The notes under the pieces were generated by a model. The model saw nothing but the letters and a program-made list of their open reading frames with translations. It was not told where the DNA came from and did not search any database. A stretch of DNA of 64,000 nucleotides from Octopus sinensis (Eukaryota), in contig NC_042999.1 of the NCBI RefSeq assembly GCF_006345805.1, forward strand, positions 104,346,001-104,410,000. Direction: 5' to 3'. Positions within the stretch are counted from its first letter, which is position 1. Every line of letters starts with the position of its first letter. Both the position numbers and the translations under genes were made by a program. Shown one piece after another: positions 1 through 12,100 of this stretch.

Positions 1-1135
1 CTCAAGTGGTATCAGCATTTTAAATAGAGAAAAATATCTGTCAAAGATGATCCCACATCTGGATAGCCTTCCACACCGGTGGATGATGATCACATTTTGA
101 TCTATGGAAATTGTTGCCTGACTGAGTGTCAAGTTTCCAAAATGTAGGTACCTGTTAAGATGGTGTCACATAATTTTAAAAGGAAAATTGAAGATGCATC
201 ATGTTACAAAATCTGTACTACATCTGCTGGTAGATGAACAAAAAAGAGCCCCGAGTTAGAGAGTCATAGACAATTATAATAATAATAATAATTGTGTACA
301 GTGCTCAGGTGCACTACAACTCATCTAAAGTGTATATATAATCAGGTGTAGTTTCGGCGGATTTCAGAAAGCATGAGGGCCTTAAAAGTGTTTGATTATT
401 CCAACACTGATAGAAAAGTGTTCATTGCATTAGATTGGATCATCACCATAAACAAACAAAATATGTCTTTCACTCAAATCTCTCTATATATATAAAGCTG
501 AAGTTGTCTGTGTATGGCAGGTTTGGTAGCCTTCAACTAACACTATCTCCTCTGAGACCCTGTGGCGCAAGTTGACCAAAATTGAGAGTATGATTGAAGA
601 AGGCTTGCTCTTCCTTCCGTAGAAGAAAAAATTCAGATCGGACCATGTTAACACCAAAAATTATTTACATCAAAAAGGTGCTTTTTTTTTCTATGAAAAT
701 CCCTATCTTTTACGATTTTTTGATTGCTGTGTTGCCATTTTTCGGTGTATTTCAGCCAAAAAAAATGTTCACTTTTTCAAAAATTCCAATTCTAAAGGGT
801 CAAAACGAACCCAAGCAATGCCAGGCGATACTGCTAGTATGAAGATAATGTTCATTGTCATTTTTGATTGGAAGGACATTTGATTGGAAGGACATTGATT
901 GGAAGGACATGAGTGTGTTCTATGTGGTCAGATGATCCGTGAAGAGTTTCACTTGAATGACTTGAGGTATATGAGAGAAGTAGTGCAAAGGGAGGTGAGA
1001 CTTGGGCAAACAAAACTTAGATGCTGCACCACAACACTCCTTCTCAATTGTCACTCTTTATTCATTACTTTTTGGCAAAACATAAAACAACTTTTGTCTC
1101 CCAGCCACTCTCTCTAGACATTCAGCTCTTACATA
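1..1135 (+). pseudogene. Decayed mariner transposase, interrupted by insertions
   Basis: Segments translate as KWYQHFK*RKISVKDDPTSG*PST (HTH region), KLKMHHVTKSVLHLLVDEQK, KIMFIVIFDWKD, GQMIREEFHLNDLRYMRE and LHHNTPSQLS...FLAKHKTTFVSQP. These are collinear with mariner motifs and carry stops and frameshifts. Confidence 0.8.
479..837 (+). mobile_element. Non-autonomous Helitron-like element, family A
   Basis: A|TCTCTCTATATATATAAAGCTG start; subterminal GC hairpin (tgccaggcg) then CTAG|T end; no TSD; homologous to 50080-50468. Confidence 0.8.
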
Positions 1136-2159
1136 TTTATCTCTTTCTTACTAAGCATGCACCCAATCTCTACAGGTGAGGTGGATTGTAGTTGATTGAT
1201 TCCAATACAAATATATCACTGGTGCTTATTTCATCATTCTTTGAACTCAGAATATAGATATGAAATTTCTGTTTTAACCTCCCAGTATTGACCCTGCAAG
1301 GGACACCCAGGCCAATCGTCTTTGCATCACAACCTGTCGTCTTTAAAAAAGCAGTGAATATATTGGCCAATTAGCTACTCAATACTCTTAAAATACCAGC
1401 TGAAATGACTTTGGTCATAGGTTTGCTCAGTCAGGGTTAATCTGTAGCTAAATGACAACAAACTCTTTGTCAATTTTCTTCTAGTTTTATTTCAGTTCCA
1501 TGGCTCTCTGGTATCGTGTCTCTGTTATCTTTCTCTCTGTGTTACACTCAAAGACTTTCTTTCATTTATCTCATTCTTTATCCTGTTTTCCCAGTTACTT
1601 CCAGTAGTAGTTCTCATTTTCTGTTTATGTATTGGTTACTGTTACTTTTTTTCCCTGCTTCTCTCTTCTCATATTGTTTTGTAAAATGTGTCTTTATTCT
1701 CTCTTCCTCTAAAAAGTTTATACCACCCAAAATTAATTTATTTTTGATATCTTGTACTTGTTTCAGCCTTTGAACTGTAGCTTTGCTGGGGCATTACCTT
1801 GAAGGGTTCAGTTAAACAAATCAACCCCAGAACTAATTTTTAAGCTCCATACTTATTCTACCACTTGCTTTTTGCTGAACTGCTAAGTTACAAGGACATA
1901 AACAAACCAACACCAGTTGTCAAGAGATGATGTGGGATACACACATGTGCACACACACCAGTTTCCTCTCTACCAGATCTACTCACAAAACTTTGGTTAG
2001 CTCACAGCTATAGTAAAAGACACCAGCCTAAGGTGCTGTGCTGTGGAACTGGACCCAAAATCACATGGTTAGGAAGCAAACTTATTACCACACATCTATG
2101 CATGTATTGTCTTATTATTCTGGTCAGTAAATTTAAAATCTGTTAAATTGGGATTCATT

Positions 2160-2382
2160 AAACTGGAGTTTACTATACTTAGACAAGGGGTTGGTGGGAA
2201 GTTCCTTGCTTTAAGAATATTGAAGTCCAACCTTCCAAGTTCTTTTACAGGGTTTAGAAAAACTGAAGGACTGTAGCAATGAGTGTGTGAATTTGAGAGG
2301 GGAATATGTTGAATAAGATCATAATTAAATGATCCTCCTGTATTTTCTTTTACCGAAAGCCACGAACTTTTCAGCACCCTCA

Positions 2383-2425
<43 letters not shown>

Positions 2426-2600
2426 GGCCCGATTGGAGACCCAACCATCGAAGGTCTTTTGCAGGACTTAAAAAAACTGAAGGACTGCTGCAATAAATGT
2501 ATGAATCTGAGAGGGGAATATGTTGAATAATATTGTAATTAACTGATCCTCCAATATTTTCTTTTACCCAAAGCTAGGAACTTTTCAGCATCCTCTTGTA
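2160..2600 (-). mobile_element. Two tandem terminal fragments of a mariner-like DNA transposon, separated by (TA)n
   Basis: 2263-2382 is similar to 2477-2595; both are the reverse complement of the 57696-57850 copy, which begins TACAAGGGGTGTACTGAAAAG. Confidence 0.55.
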
Positions 2601-3152
2601 TGCATTTGGCATTGATGTTTTGAAAGATTAAATACAGCAAAGAGCATTAGCTGAAAAAATCAAAACAAAAAAAAAAAACCAAAACAACCAATATCAAGTT
2701 AGGGGTCGTATTTTTATGCCCTGATGGCCTTCCTGTCACCAACCAGTTCTTGTTTTACAAGTATCTAGCAAACCCACTTACGAGGCTGTGGTTGGCTCAG
2801 AGCTTTTGTAGAAGACACATTTCTAAGGTGCTACTCTATGTTTGCATGGGCCAGTCAGTGTTTATTATGGCAGATTTTCTACAGCTGGTCCTCCTCTTGC
2901 CAACCCTCATCTGTTTCCAAGCAAGATAAATATTTCCCCATAACCAAACATATTTTCATAGCATATTGGAAATAACACTGTTTGTCACATCAACTCACAA
3001 TCTTTCGTCAGTCCAGGGCTGTAGTAGAAGACCAATTGCCAAGTGGAACTGGACCTGAAACCTCATGGTCAGCAAGCAAAGTTCTTAGCCACACAGCCTC
3101 ACTGCACCCTTTATATGTGTATGTGTGTGTGTGTATTTATATAACATATACA

Positions 3153-3199
<47 letters not shown>

Positions 3200-3499
3200 T
3201 CATCCTCATTTAACATCTGTTTTCCATGCTGGCATGGGTTGGATGGCTTGACAGGAGATGGCCAGCTGAAGAGCTGCCCAGGCTCCATGTCTGTTTTGGC
3301 ATGGTTTCTATGGATGGATGTCCTTCCTAACAACAGCCACTTTATAGAGTGCACTGTGTGCTTTTACATAGCATTGGCACAACCACTTTTTCGTGGCACT
3401 GGTATGGGCATTTTGTACATGCCACCAGCACCCACACGCCCGCAAGGTTAGAATTGCTCAGCTGAAAAGTGATGTAGGGGACATGCTATATGCAAGGAC

Positions 3500-3772
3500 A
3501 ACCATGATTTTACTTAACCTGATGTGTCTTCTCAAGCACAGCAAACTGCCAGAAGTTTTGGTCCCTTGTCATCCCCCCTGTGAGGCCCAACATCTGAAGG
3601 TCCTTTCTTACCATTTTGTCCCATGTCTTCCTCGGTCTACCTCTTCCACATGTCCCCTCCACAATTAGAGATCGATACTTCTTGATGCAACTGTCCTCCT
3701 CCATACACATTACATGACCATATCAGTGCAGTCTTCTCTCTTGTGCACTACATCTGATACCTTGTATATCCA
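3500..3772 (-). mobile_element. RTE-clade LINE, 3' end of ORF
   Basis: ERRLH*YGHVMCMEEDSCIKKYRSLIVEGTCGRGRPRKTW; runs into the shared 3' tail. Confidence 0.85.
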
Positions 3773-4216
3773 GTTCTAGCGTAAAATGAGCCAATTCTGA
3801 AACGATGTGATCAGCCCTTCAAATGCCTTAAGTTTTTGAAATTTCACTGTGCATGTTGGAGTATTTTAGATTATGTTGTGGTAGCTCACGTTATTACAAA
3901 AAAATAATTTTATAGGTTTAAATTTGCTGATTGTGTTGGATGGAATGCCTTGTGTTATTTATTCTGAGTTCATATCCTGTTAATATCAACTTTGTCTTTT
4001 AAAATTGATTAATCAAGTATCAGTACAATGCTCAGGATAATTCTTCTCTCTCTCTGTGGAAGACATCTTAGAGAGAGAGAGAGGGAGGTTTCACAAGTTT
4101 AGATACTCAAACAAACTGTGTGTCCTGATAGCATCTCTTTGACTCCATGAAGTGTTACTCCAGGAAGGAAAGAGTATTCACAGATTTTTTTAATCAAGTA
4201 TATTTGATCCATTTAA

Positions 4217-4437
4217 CCCTTTAGCATGTAAAGCAGCTAGATCTGGCTAAAATATTCTACCTGTATTATGGTCAAACTGAGTGGATCTGACCTCTCACAC
4301 CAACCTTACAGTATCATTCTAAAAATTAACAGTTACCTCATCAAAATCTCAAAAGCTACAAGGTAATGCATAATTAATTCAAAACCATGAGAATAAATAA
4401 ACATTACTTTTGTCAGATAAATCTGAGTGCTAAAGGG
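4217..4437 (+). mobile_element. piggyBac-type MITE, family 1
   Basis: TTAA|CCCTTTAGCA ... TGCTAAAGGG|TTAA (TSDs 4213-4216 and 4438-4441). Confidence 0.85.
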
Positions 4438-5285
4438 TTAAAGAGTGTGTTGATTTGTTTTGGTGATTATTGTAGTAGTTTTGCCCCAGATCAGCCTCGA
4501 CTGAGTAAACTTGTGATGAAAAGCTTTCCAACCATGACCATCTGATCCTTATCTCAGGCATTGCATATCTGGAACTACATTATCCAATATGTTCTTCCTT
4601 TTTTTAAAGATTAGTATAACTTGAGTGATATTTGGCAAGTTGCATAATGAGAGAAGTCACTTAGTTGTTGTTCCTGTTTTGGTGACTTAAATTGGCTGTT
4701 TACAAAAATCAATATCAGTTTCATTTTTCAGTCACTGTATTCAAGTAGTGTTTTGAATTAAATGTCTGAAACAGATGTTTTTAGTCATTACAAAACCTAC
4801 TTGCTGATAAAGCAGTTTATTATTTATAGTGGAATTGTTGAGGATGCAGTTTATTGCTGTGATTTTTATTTATGGATGTTCACTTGCTTTCTGTTAGTGT
4901 TACAGTGCACCACAAATCAGTACAAATGAGTTGTATGTGTATAGACTTGCACATACATAATATAATATAAAATCATCATATGACATACAGATGCACATTA
5001 TACTTCCTTCTCCTTACCCGTCAATCAGAAGAGATAATACAGATTTAGTGTCAAAGCCAGTGCTGCTTTCAAATGAGAGAGAGCCTAATGTTTAATGTTG
5101 TGTTGCATGATTCTTAACAGTGGTATGTTAAGAACCATGTCTGAATGGGTAGAACTTCTGGTGGTAAATTAATGTTGTATAGTAATCTGCTTGGTTTTAT
5201 ATTCCTGTTATAGTTACCATTAATACGTATGGTGTGACTTTTGCAGATAGTGTTGCCTTTGGGTCTTGGGTTGTATCTTAGGTAA

Positions 5286-6515
5286 CTGGGTCATCTCATA
5301 AATAATGTAGTTTTTTTTGTACTTCTTTTATTTTTCAACATTAAAGATAAACACATTTCATTTTTAATCTAAAATATACTCTCCTTCATTTTCTACAATG
5401 CTCCTCCCTCTGTCTGGTAGACTTGCAATGCCCCTCTTCAAAAATCCACTTGTTCTTGATGAAAAATACTCCTCCAGTACTGTTCTGATCTCAATGACAG
5501 AAATCATATTTTTTCTGTCCAAATGATTTTGAAAACTGCAGAATAAATGATAATCAGATGGCAAATATGGTAGGTGGGGCATTGTTTCCCATTCAAACTG
5601 CTCTAGCCTTTTGAATGTCATCCTCAATGAATGTAGCTGAGAATTATCCTGTTGGAAGAATACTTTTCATCTTGAAAGCAAAGGTGGTTGTTTTTCTTCT
5701 AGCACTGACTTAAGCTGCTTGCAGTAGATCTCCTTTGGTATTGTTTGGTTTGAGCTTATAAGTTCAAAGTGGACTAAACCTTCCATATCCCACCAAACTG
5801 ATAACAACACTTTACATGGGTGAAGACCTTCTTTAGCCTAGGGTGCTGGTGTTTCTCCTTTCCCCATCCACTGTCTTCAGCACTTGACATTTTTATAGAC
5901 AACCCATTTCTTATCACCAGTCACTATTTGGTCCAAAAAAGTTTCATTTGTGAGACATGACAGCAAAGAAGTGTACACATTCACTCTCTGTATGCGACTA
6001 CTCGAAAAGTTTGTGAGGAACTCATTGACCCAATTTGGTGACTTTTCTAATGGCACACAGGTATTGATGAATGGTTGAATAACCATATCCAAGCTTCTCT
6101 GCTAGGTCTTCAACAGTTACGATGGGATTTTGTTCCACCAGTTTGCAGGATGTCCTTCTCAAGCTCTGCAGATCTTCTAGGCTGTAGTTTCCAGCTTGGA
6201 ATTTCTGGAACTACCAATGACACTGGTTTACACTTATTGTCCAATCTCCATATACTACATTAATATTCCTCACACTTTCCATTACGTTGTTGCCTTTATT
6301 GAACTCATAAAGCAAAATATGCCGAATATGCTCCTTTGTCACTTCCATTATAGCTTTGAGAAAATCGAACTGCACTCTTCAAAACTTGCTATAAAAGCAG
6401 GTAGTAATTTTACATCTTATTCTTTGTGAAAGTTGATGCAGGTAGTTTATCCTGTCCCTCTCTGACTTTTAGTTCATGCAAATGAAAAAAACTGCATTAT
6501 TTTGGGATGACCCAA
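5286..6515 (-). mobile_element. Near full-length decayed mariner (Tc1/mariner) transposon
   Basis: ~30-bp imperfect TIRs (ctgggtcatctcataaataatgtag vs ctgcattattttgggatgacccaa) with TA after the right end; ~1.23 kb; minus-strand fragments FLDQIVTGDKKWVVY, PSDYHLF and LPDR...IVENEGEYILD. Confidence 0.9.
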
Positions 6516-7294
6516 TACATTGCAAGACATTATACAGGTGACTAAGTTATAGTTGCTTTGAAGAGGAAGTTGGTTGAATGCACCAAGAACCTATGGCATT
6601 CACTCTCAACTGAGAGCACCTGCCATGACTAGACTTTCTTTATGCTGGTGTCTCTTTGGTTGTGGCCAAACAATAACTTTATTTGCATTACTTTCTCTAC
6701 AACCAAGATGTCAACTTCCTGTTGTCCCCAACTTTCACTCTCAGATGAAGATCGCAGACTGAAAATCTTAGATTCTCCACACCTTTCAACGAATAGAACA
6801 TATGAAACTCTTCCATAAACCTTCTTATAGACTAATTATTATTGATACTAGCTGACACCATTTTTCTTGGATTCTTGTTTTCATTCTGTTGTTAACTTGG
6901 GATGGTACTTGCATGATGAAAGCTATGTTAAAGTCAATTTTCATTTTATTCTTGAATTCTTAAAACTTTTGTTGACCTGGTTACTGGTTCATACCTGTTG
7001 CGATTTATCTTTTCTCAGTCATTGTACTGTGGCCATGCTGGTGCACTGCCATGAAGGGCATGGTTGAACACATCAACTCCAGTACTTATTTTTTAAAGCC
7101 TGGTGCTTATTCTATTCGTTTCTTTTACTGAACCACTTTTGATTTTTTTTTTTGTTTTTTATCAAACCAATTATTCAGTACTTCAACTAATATGAACCTC
7201 TGATTGTACCTAAATTTTGTTTTTTAATTCCACCTGATTTATTTTGATGTTTTTTTTAAAAAATACATTTTCTTTGTTTTCTCTTGTTTTGAAG

Positions 7295-7468
7295 GAAACC
7301 CTACCAACGTCAGTTCATCTGAAGTCAAAGTATGGGCAACAGTATCACTGCAACTACCCTGATCATCATGAATATGAAAAACAAACTGAAGATAGTGAAA
7401 GAGTTGCCATGGAGACTGGCATTCCTGAACTACTGAAGCCATTAGCTAATAAGTCTTGTTTATATAAG
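7295..7468 (+). CDS. OS9: OS9 exon (ETLPTSVHLKSKYGQQYHCNYP...GIPELLKPLANKSCLYK)
   Basis: Pyrimidine tract and AG at 7293-7294; GT at 7469; 174 nt, phase 0/0; inside ORF 7244..7480. Confidence 0.9.
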
Positions 7469-9058
7469 GTGAATTATTAAAAGAAAAACAACTATATATT
7501 GAAAATATATCTCTGTTCTTGTTAGAATTACTGTTTCTAGACAAACATTATCAAGTCGATAGTTAATGTTTCTAGATAAATATTATTGTGCTAGTCTTTG
7601 CCTTTGTTAGAGCTAGTGTTTCTTGATAAATATTATATCTGATAGTTTTTTTAGAGCTAATGTTTTTAGACAAGAATTATCAGACCGATAATCTCTGCTA
7701 TAAATATTATCAGTACAATAGCCTTTGTTCTTGTTGGAACTCAGGCTTCTGGTTAACCATCATTTGTCTGATATTCACTGTTCTTATGGGGACCTATAAA
7801 AAAAGGTATTCAGGTATGACCATTCCATCTTCTTAGCGGTATCAAGGACTGCATTATCTTATATTTTCCTTGTTTAAGATGATGGAGTGTGCTTTAAGTT
7901 CTGGATAGGTTTGATGTAAATGAAGGGCTGGCTGGTCATGGGGACTAAATAACAACAACCCATTTTCTGTAAAAATGAACTTGCACAATTGTTGTTGTGT
8001 AGCTCCAAATTGGCCTTGATCGAAAATATTAATGCAGTGACCATCCAGTTTTTCTCAGGTATCATCTATTTGATACTACATTATTGACTTCTTTTAACCT
8101 CTCTTTGGATATTGATCATATTTTTTGTATTAGTTAAGAAATTATTCCACGTCTCTGAATGAAAGTATTGCTTTGAATTGTGGGGAGTTTATTTTGTTAA
8201 TTTGATTGCTTTTTATCTCAGATTTACTAATTTTGATACTTATTGATTTCAGACAAAAGATTGGTGGACGTATGAGTTCTGTTACGGCAAATACATCCGG
8301 CAATATCACCTAGAAGGTCTTTATTACTGTTATTTCTTTAAATCTTATGTCTTTATTATCATATATTTATGTAATAATTATGTAATTAATAGTGGCTTAT
8401 GAAAGAAACAGCTAATGCCCTAGTGATTTATATATTATATATATATCATTTATTAAAATACTAGCAGTATCGCCCGGCGTTGCTCAGGTTTGTAAGGGAA
8501 ATAACTATAAAGCACTTTTAGAGAGTTATAGCCAAAAAATAGCAAAAAAATGGGAAAAAAATGATGGTAAATTTTTTGGGTAGTTAAAAAGGCCAAGTTG
8601 CGTCCCCTACACCATCTGCGGTTTGTGTTTCTGATTGTCGACCCCATGTCGAATTTATCGATCTTTTTCAGAACTGGGGGAACTTTTCAAAATTTTCGCT
8701 GCGTTAGTTTTGAATTATGACATTGGGCTATGTGTGTGTCAAGTTTCATCAGAATTGGTTGAAAGCCGTGGTCAGAGTGAGGGTACAAGCAAACAGACAC
8801 ACAGAAACACGCACAGACAAACTGCCGTTTATATAGAGAGATATATATATATATATTAAAATAAGCAACAGGATATCAAGTAGTGATGCAGTACGACTGT
8901 TTCAAGTGGCTCCATTTAATTGAACAATGCAATCATTACATCAATTTAAATGCAGTGCCATTTTCAGCTGCACAAATAAATAAATAGAATTCATGCTGTT
9001 CAGATAATACTGAACTGACTTGGAGCTTCAGCTTAAATACCTAATTCAACTGAATCTC

Positions 9059-9106
<48 letters not shown>

Positions 9107-12100
9107 ATATATATATTATAGGTATATGTGAAGTCTGATCAATAAGTATCCGGACTGTTGCCATAGTAATGAAGCTAAAGCACGCAGAGTGAAGCCACTT
9201 GGCACAGATTGACCTTGAATTCTGCTGTGCATGTGCACTAAGTTTTAATGTTCTAGTTCACTTCTGTTGTTTACAGCAGTGCTTGGAAGGAACGTGTGAT
9301 TGACGCATTGACTATGACAGAGAAAGTTGTCATGGCGATACTTGCTCAGAGGCCTATGCAAAGTTGCAGGAAGTGTATGGAGAGTTATCAGAGGATATGC
9401 AGATTAGTTATGGTTCAGTTCAGTCCATTATCATTAAAGATTTGGGTATGATACACATGTCTGCCAAGTTTGTGCCAAAGCTGCTTTCAGCTAACCAAAA
9501 AGACACACTGGTTTCAGTTGCACAAGATCTTGAGCAGATATCACCAAGCTTTTGACAAAATTTGATGCAGATTCTCTGCTCAGCTCTCTCTGTCGTTGTG
9601 AATGCGATGATCACACGCTACACACCTTCTTTCTAAGCACTGCTGCAAACAGCAAAAGTGAGCTATAATGTTAAAACTTAGTGCACATGCACAGCAGAGT
9701 TCAAGGTCCATCTGTGCCAAGTGGCTTCATTCTGCATACTTTAGCTTCGTTACTAAGACAGCAGTTTGAATACTTATTGATCAGACCACACACACACACA
9801 TGTCTATATATTTATATATCACCATCATCATTTAATGTCCGTTGTCCATGCTGGCATGGGTTGGATGGTTTGATCAGGGCTGAGAAGCTGTAAAGCTGCA
9901 CCAGACTCCAGTCTAATTTGTCATGGTTTCTACGGCTGGATGCCCTTCCTAATGCCAACCACTCTAATAGTGTAATGGGTGCTTTTATGTGCTACCAGTA
10001 TCTACCATGATTTTGCCCTGCTTGATGGGTCTGTTTCTCAAGCATGACATAATGTCAAAGGTCTTGGTCATTGCCTCCAAGAAACCCAACACTCGAAAGG
10101 ATCCCGCCTATATCACTGCGTGTATTAAGAAGCAACTAAATGGAAAAATATCAGGAAGAACATCCAGCTGTAAAACACTGCCCCAAAGAGTCTCATTCAA
10201 TGTATTTCAGCTTGGAAAAGAAATCATAAAAATGATAATGATTATTATAAAGTCGCATCAGTATGTTCAATAAACATTTATTTAACCCTTTAGCATTCAG
10301 ATTACTTTGTTAAATGTAATACTTATTCACATTTAAAAAAAGTCAATACTCTTTCATCTTGTAGCTTTGCGATTTCAAAAATGTGATTGTTTGTTTTTAA
10401 AATGACATTACAGGGTAGGTGTGAAAGGCTGGATCTGGCCAGTCTAATCATAAAATGGGGAAAATATTTGGGCTGGATACGGCCAGTTTAACTGCTAAAG
10501 GGTTAATCTTTCCACGTTAGCTATTTAATAAATTGTTATTTTATGGGATTTTATATTAATTGACAGTGTTTCACTTTGACTATTTTCATTGAAACTTTGG
10601 AAGAGTATATTTTTCTCTGTTTAAAGAGCTTCGTTTTGTTTGCTTATTTTCCTTCCTTTGGTCATTGAAATGGTATTTGTTAACCAGTATCTAATGCTTC
10701 TCTTTCTTGTAGGTAACCCTATTGAAAACCCTCCACAACAATATACCTACTTAGGATATTTTGAATCTGAATACAAATGGGAAAACAGAACTAATGAAGT
10801 ATGTATATTTTTCACCTGTCCATTTATTTGAAAACATTAGATATTGATTTCTGACATAAGCACGATGCTACAAATTTGGGTGATAGAAATACTCGATGGT
10901 AATTATAATACCAGCTGTTGACTGGTATTTTATTTTGTTGATGCTGAAACAATAAAAAGCTAAGTTAACCCTCTCAGGCCCGTGTCAACTAATTGTGATA
11001 TAAAATGAACAGATAATTAACCACTAGCCTTGCTTTATATGATAAGTTTAAGGTAGACTACAGAATTGAATTGTACTATTCTAGGAGCTCCTGTTTTCTT
11101 TTTAAGGACCATAATGATTTCTTTGTAAAACGTTCCATTAGATTAATTCATCATCATCATCATCATCATCGTTTAACGTCCGTTCTCCATGCTAGCATGG
11201 GTTGGACGGTTCGACCAGGGATCTGGGAAGCCAGAAGGCTGCACCAGGCTCCAGTCTTATCTGGCAATGTTTCTACAGCTGGATGCCCTTCCTAACGCCA
11301 ACCACTCCGTGAGTGTAGTGGGTGCTTTTTACGTGCCACCTGCACAGGTGCCAGGCGAGGCTGGCAACGGCCACGGTCGGATTGGTGTATTTTATGTGCC
11401 ACCGGCACGGAAGCCAGTCGAGGTGGCGCTGGCATCAGCCACGAGTCGGATAGTGCTTTTTACGTACCACCAGACCAGGGATCCTGGCTGGTTCAATTCG
11501 ATTTCGCTTTAGCTTGCCCCAACATGTCTTCGCAAGCAATTAGTTCCTCCAAATCTGATATAGGCCACAATAGCCAGAAGTTATGGAATTGAGTCGTTTC
11601 CGTTGTTTATTTACTTTTATCTTTTACTTGTTTCACTCATTAGACTGTGGCAATACTGGGGCACTCTCTTGAAGAATTTTCCAGTCAAATGAATTGTCCC
11701 GAGTACTTATATTTTTTTAAAAGCTGGTGCTTATTTTGTTGGTCACTCTTGCTGAACCACTAAGTTACAGGGATGAAAACACTCCAACACTGGTTGTCAA
11801 GCAGTGGTGGTGGGACAAATACACACAAAAACACACTTGCAGATATCTACCTGCCTCTTTCAGTTTCTGTCTACCAATTCACTCACAAGGTTTTGATCGG
11901 CCCAAGGGCATAGTAAAAGACAGTAGCCCAAAGTGCCACATAGTGGAACGGAACCCAGAACCATGTAGTTGGGAAGCAAGCTTACGGCACAGTCTCACCT
12001 GCATTGAAACATTTTTCAGGGCTTGATCTCTTGCTTTCATTTTTAATACTATCACGAAAAACACACAAACTAAACATGAGGCACATATCTTGATTTTTGT

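Noticed and set aside
265-410. Possible 3' end of a non-LTR element with a (TAA)n tail inside the mariner
   Set aside because: It looks inserted, but there is a single copy in the window and no coding evidence, so it cannot be classified.
6570-6900. Possible LINE RT remnant on the minus strand
   Set aside because: Only vague similarity; no diagnostic motif recovered.
1-7294. OS9 first exon (ATG and signal peptide)
   Set aside because: No hydrophobic-leader ORF ending in a phase-0 donor was found; the region is explained mostly by transposon remains. The exon is probably upstream of the window.
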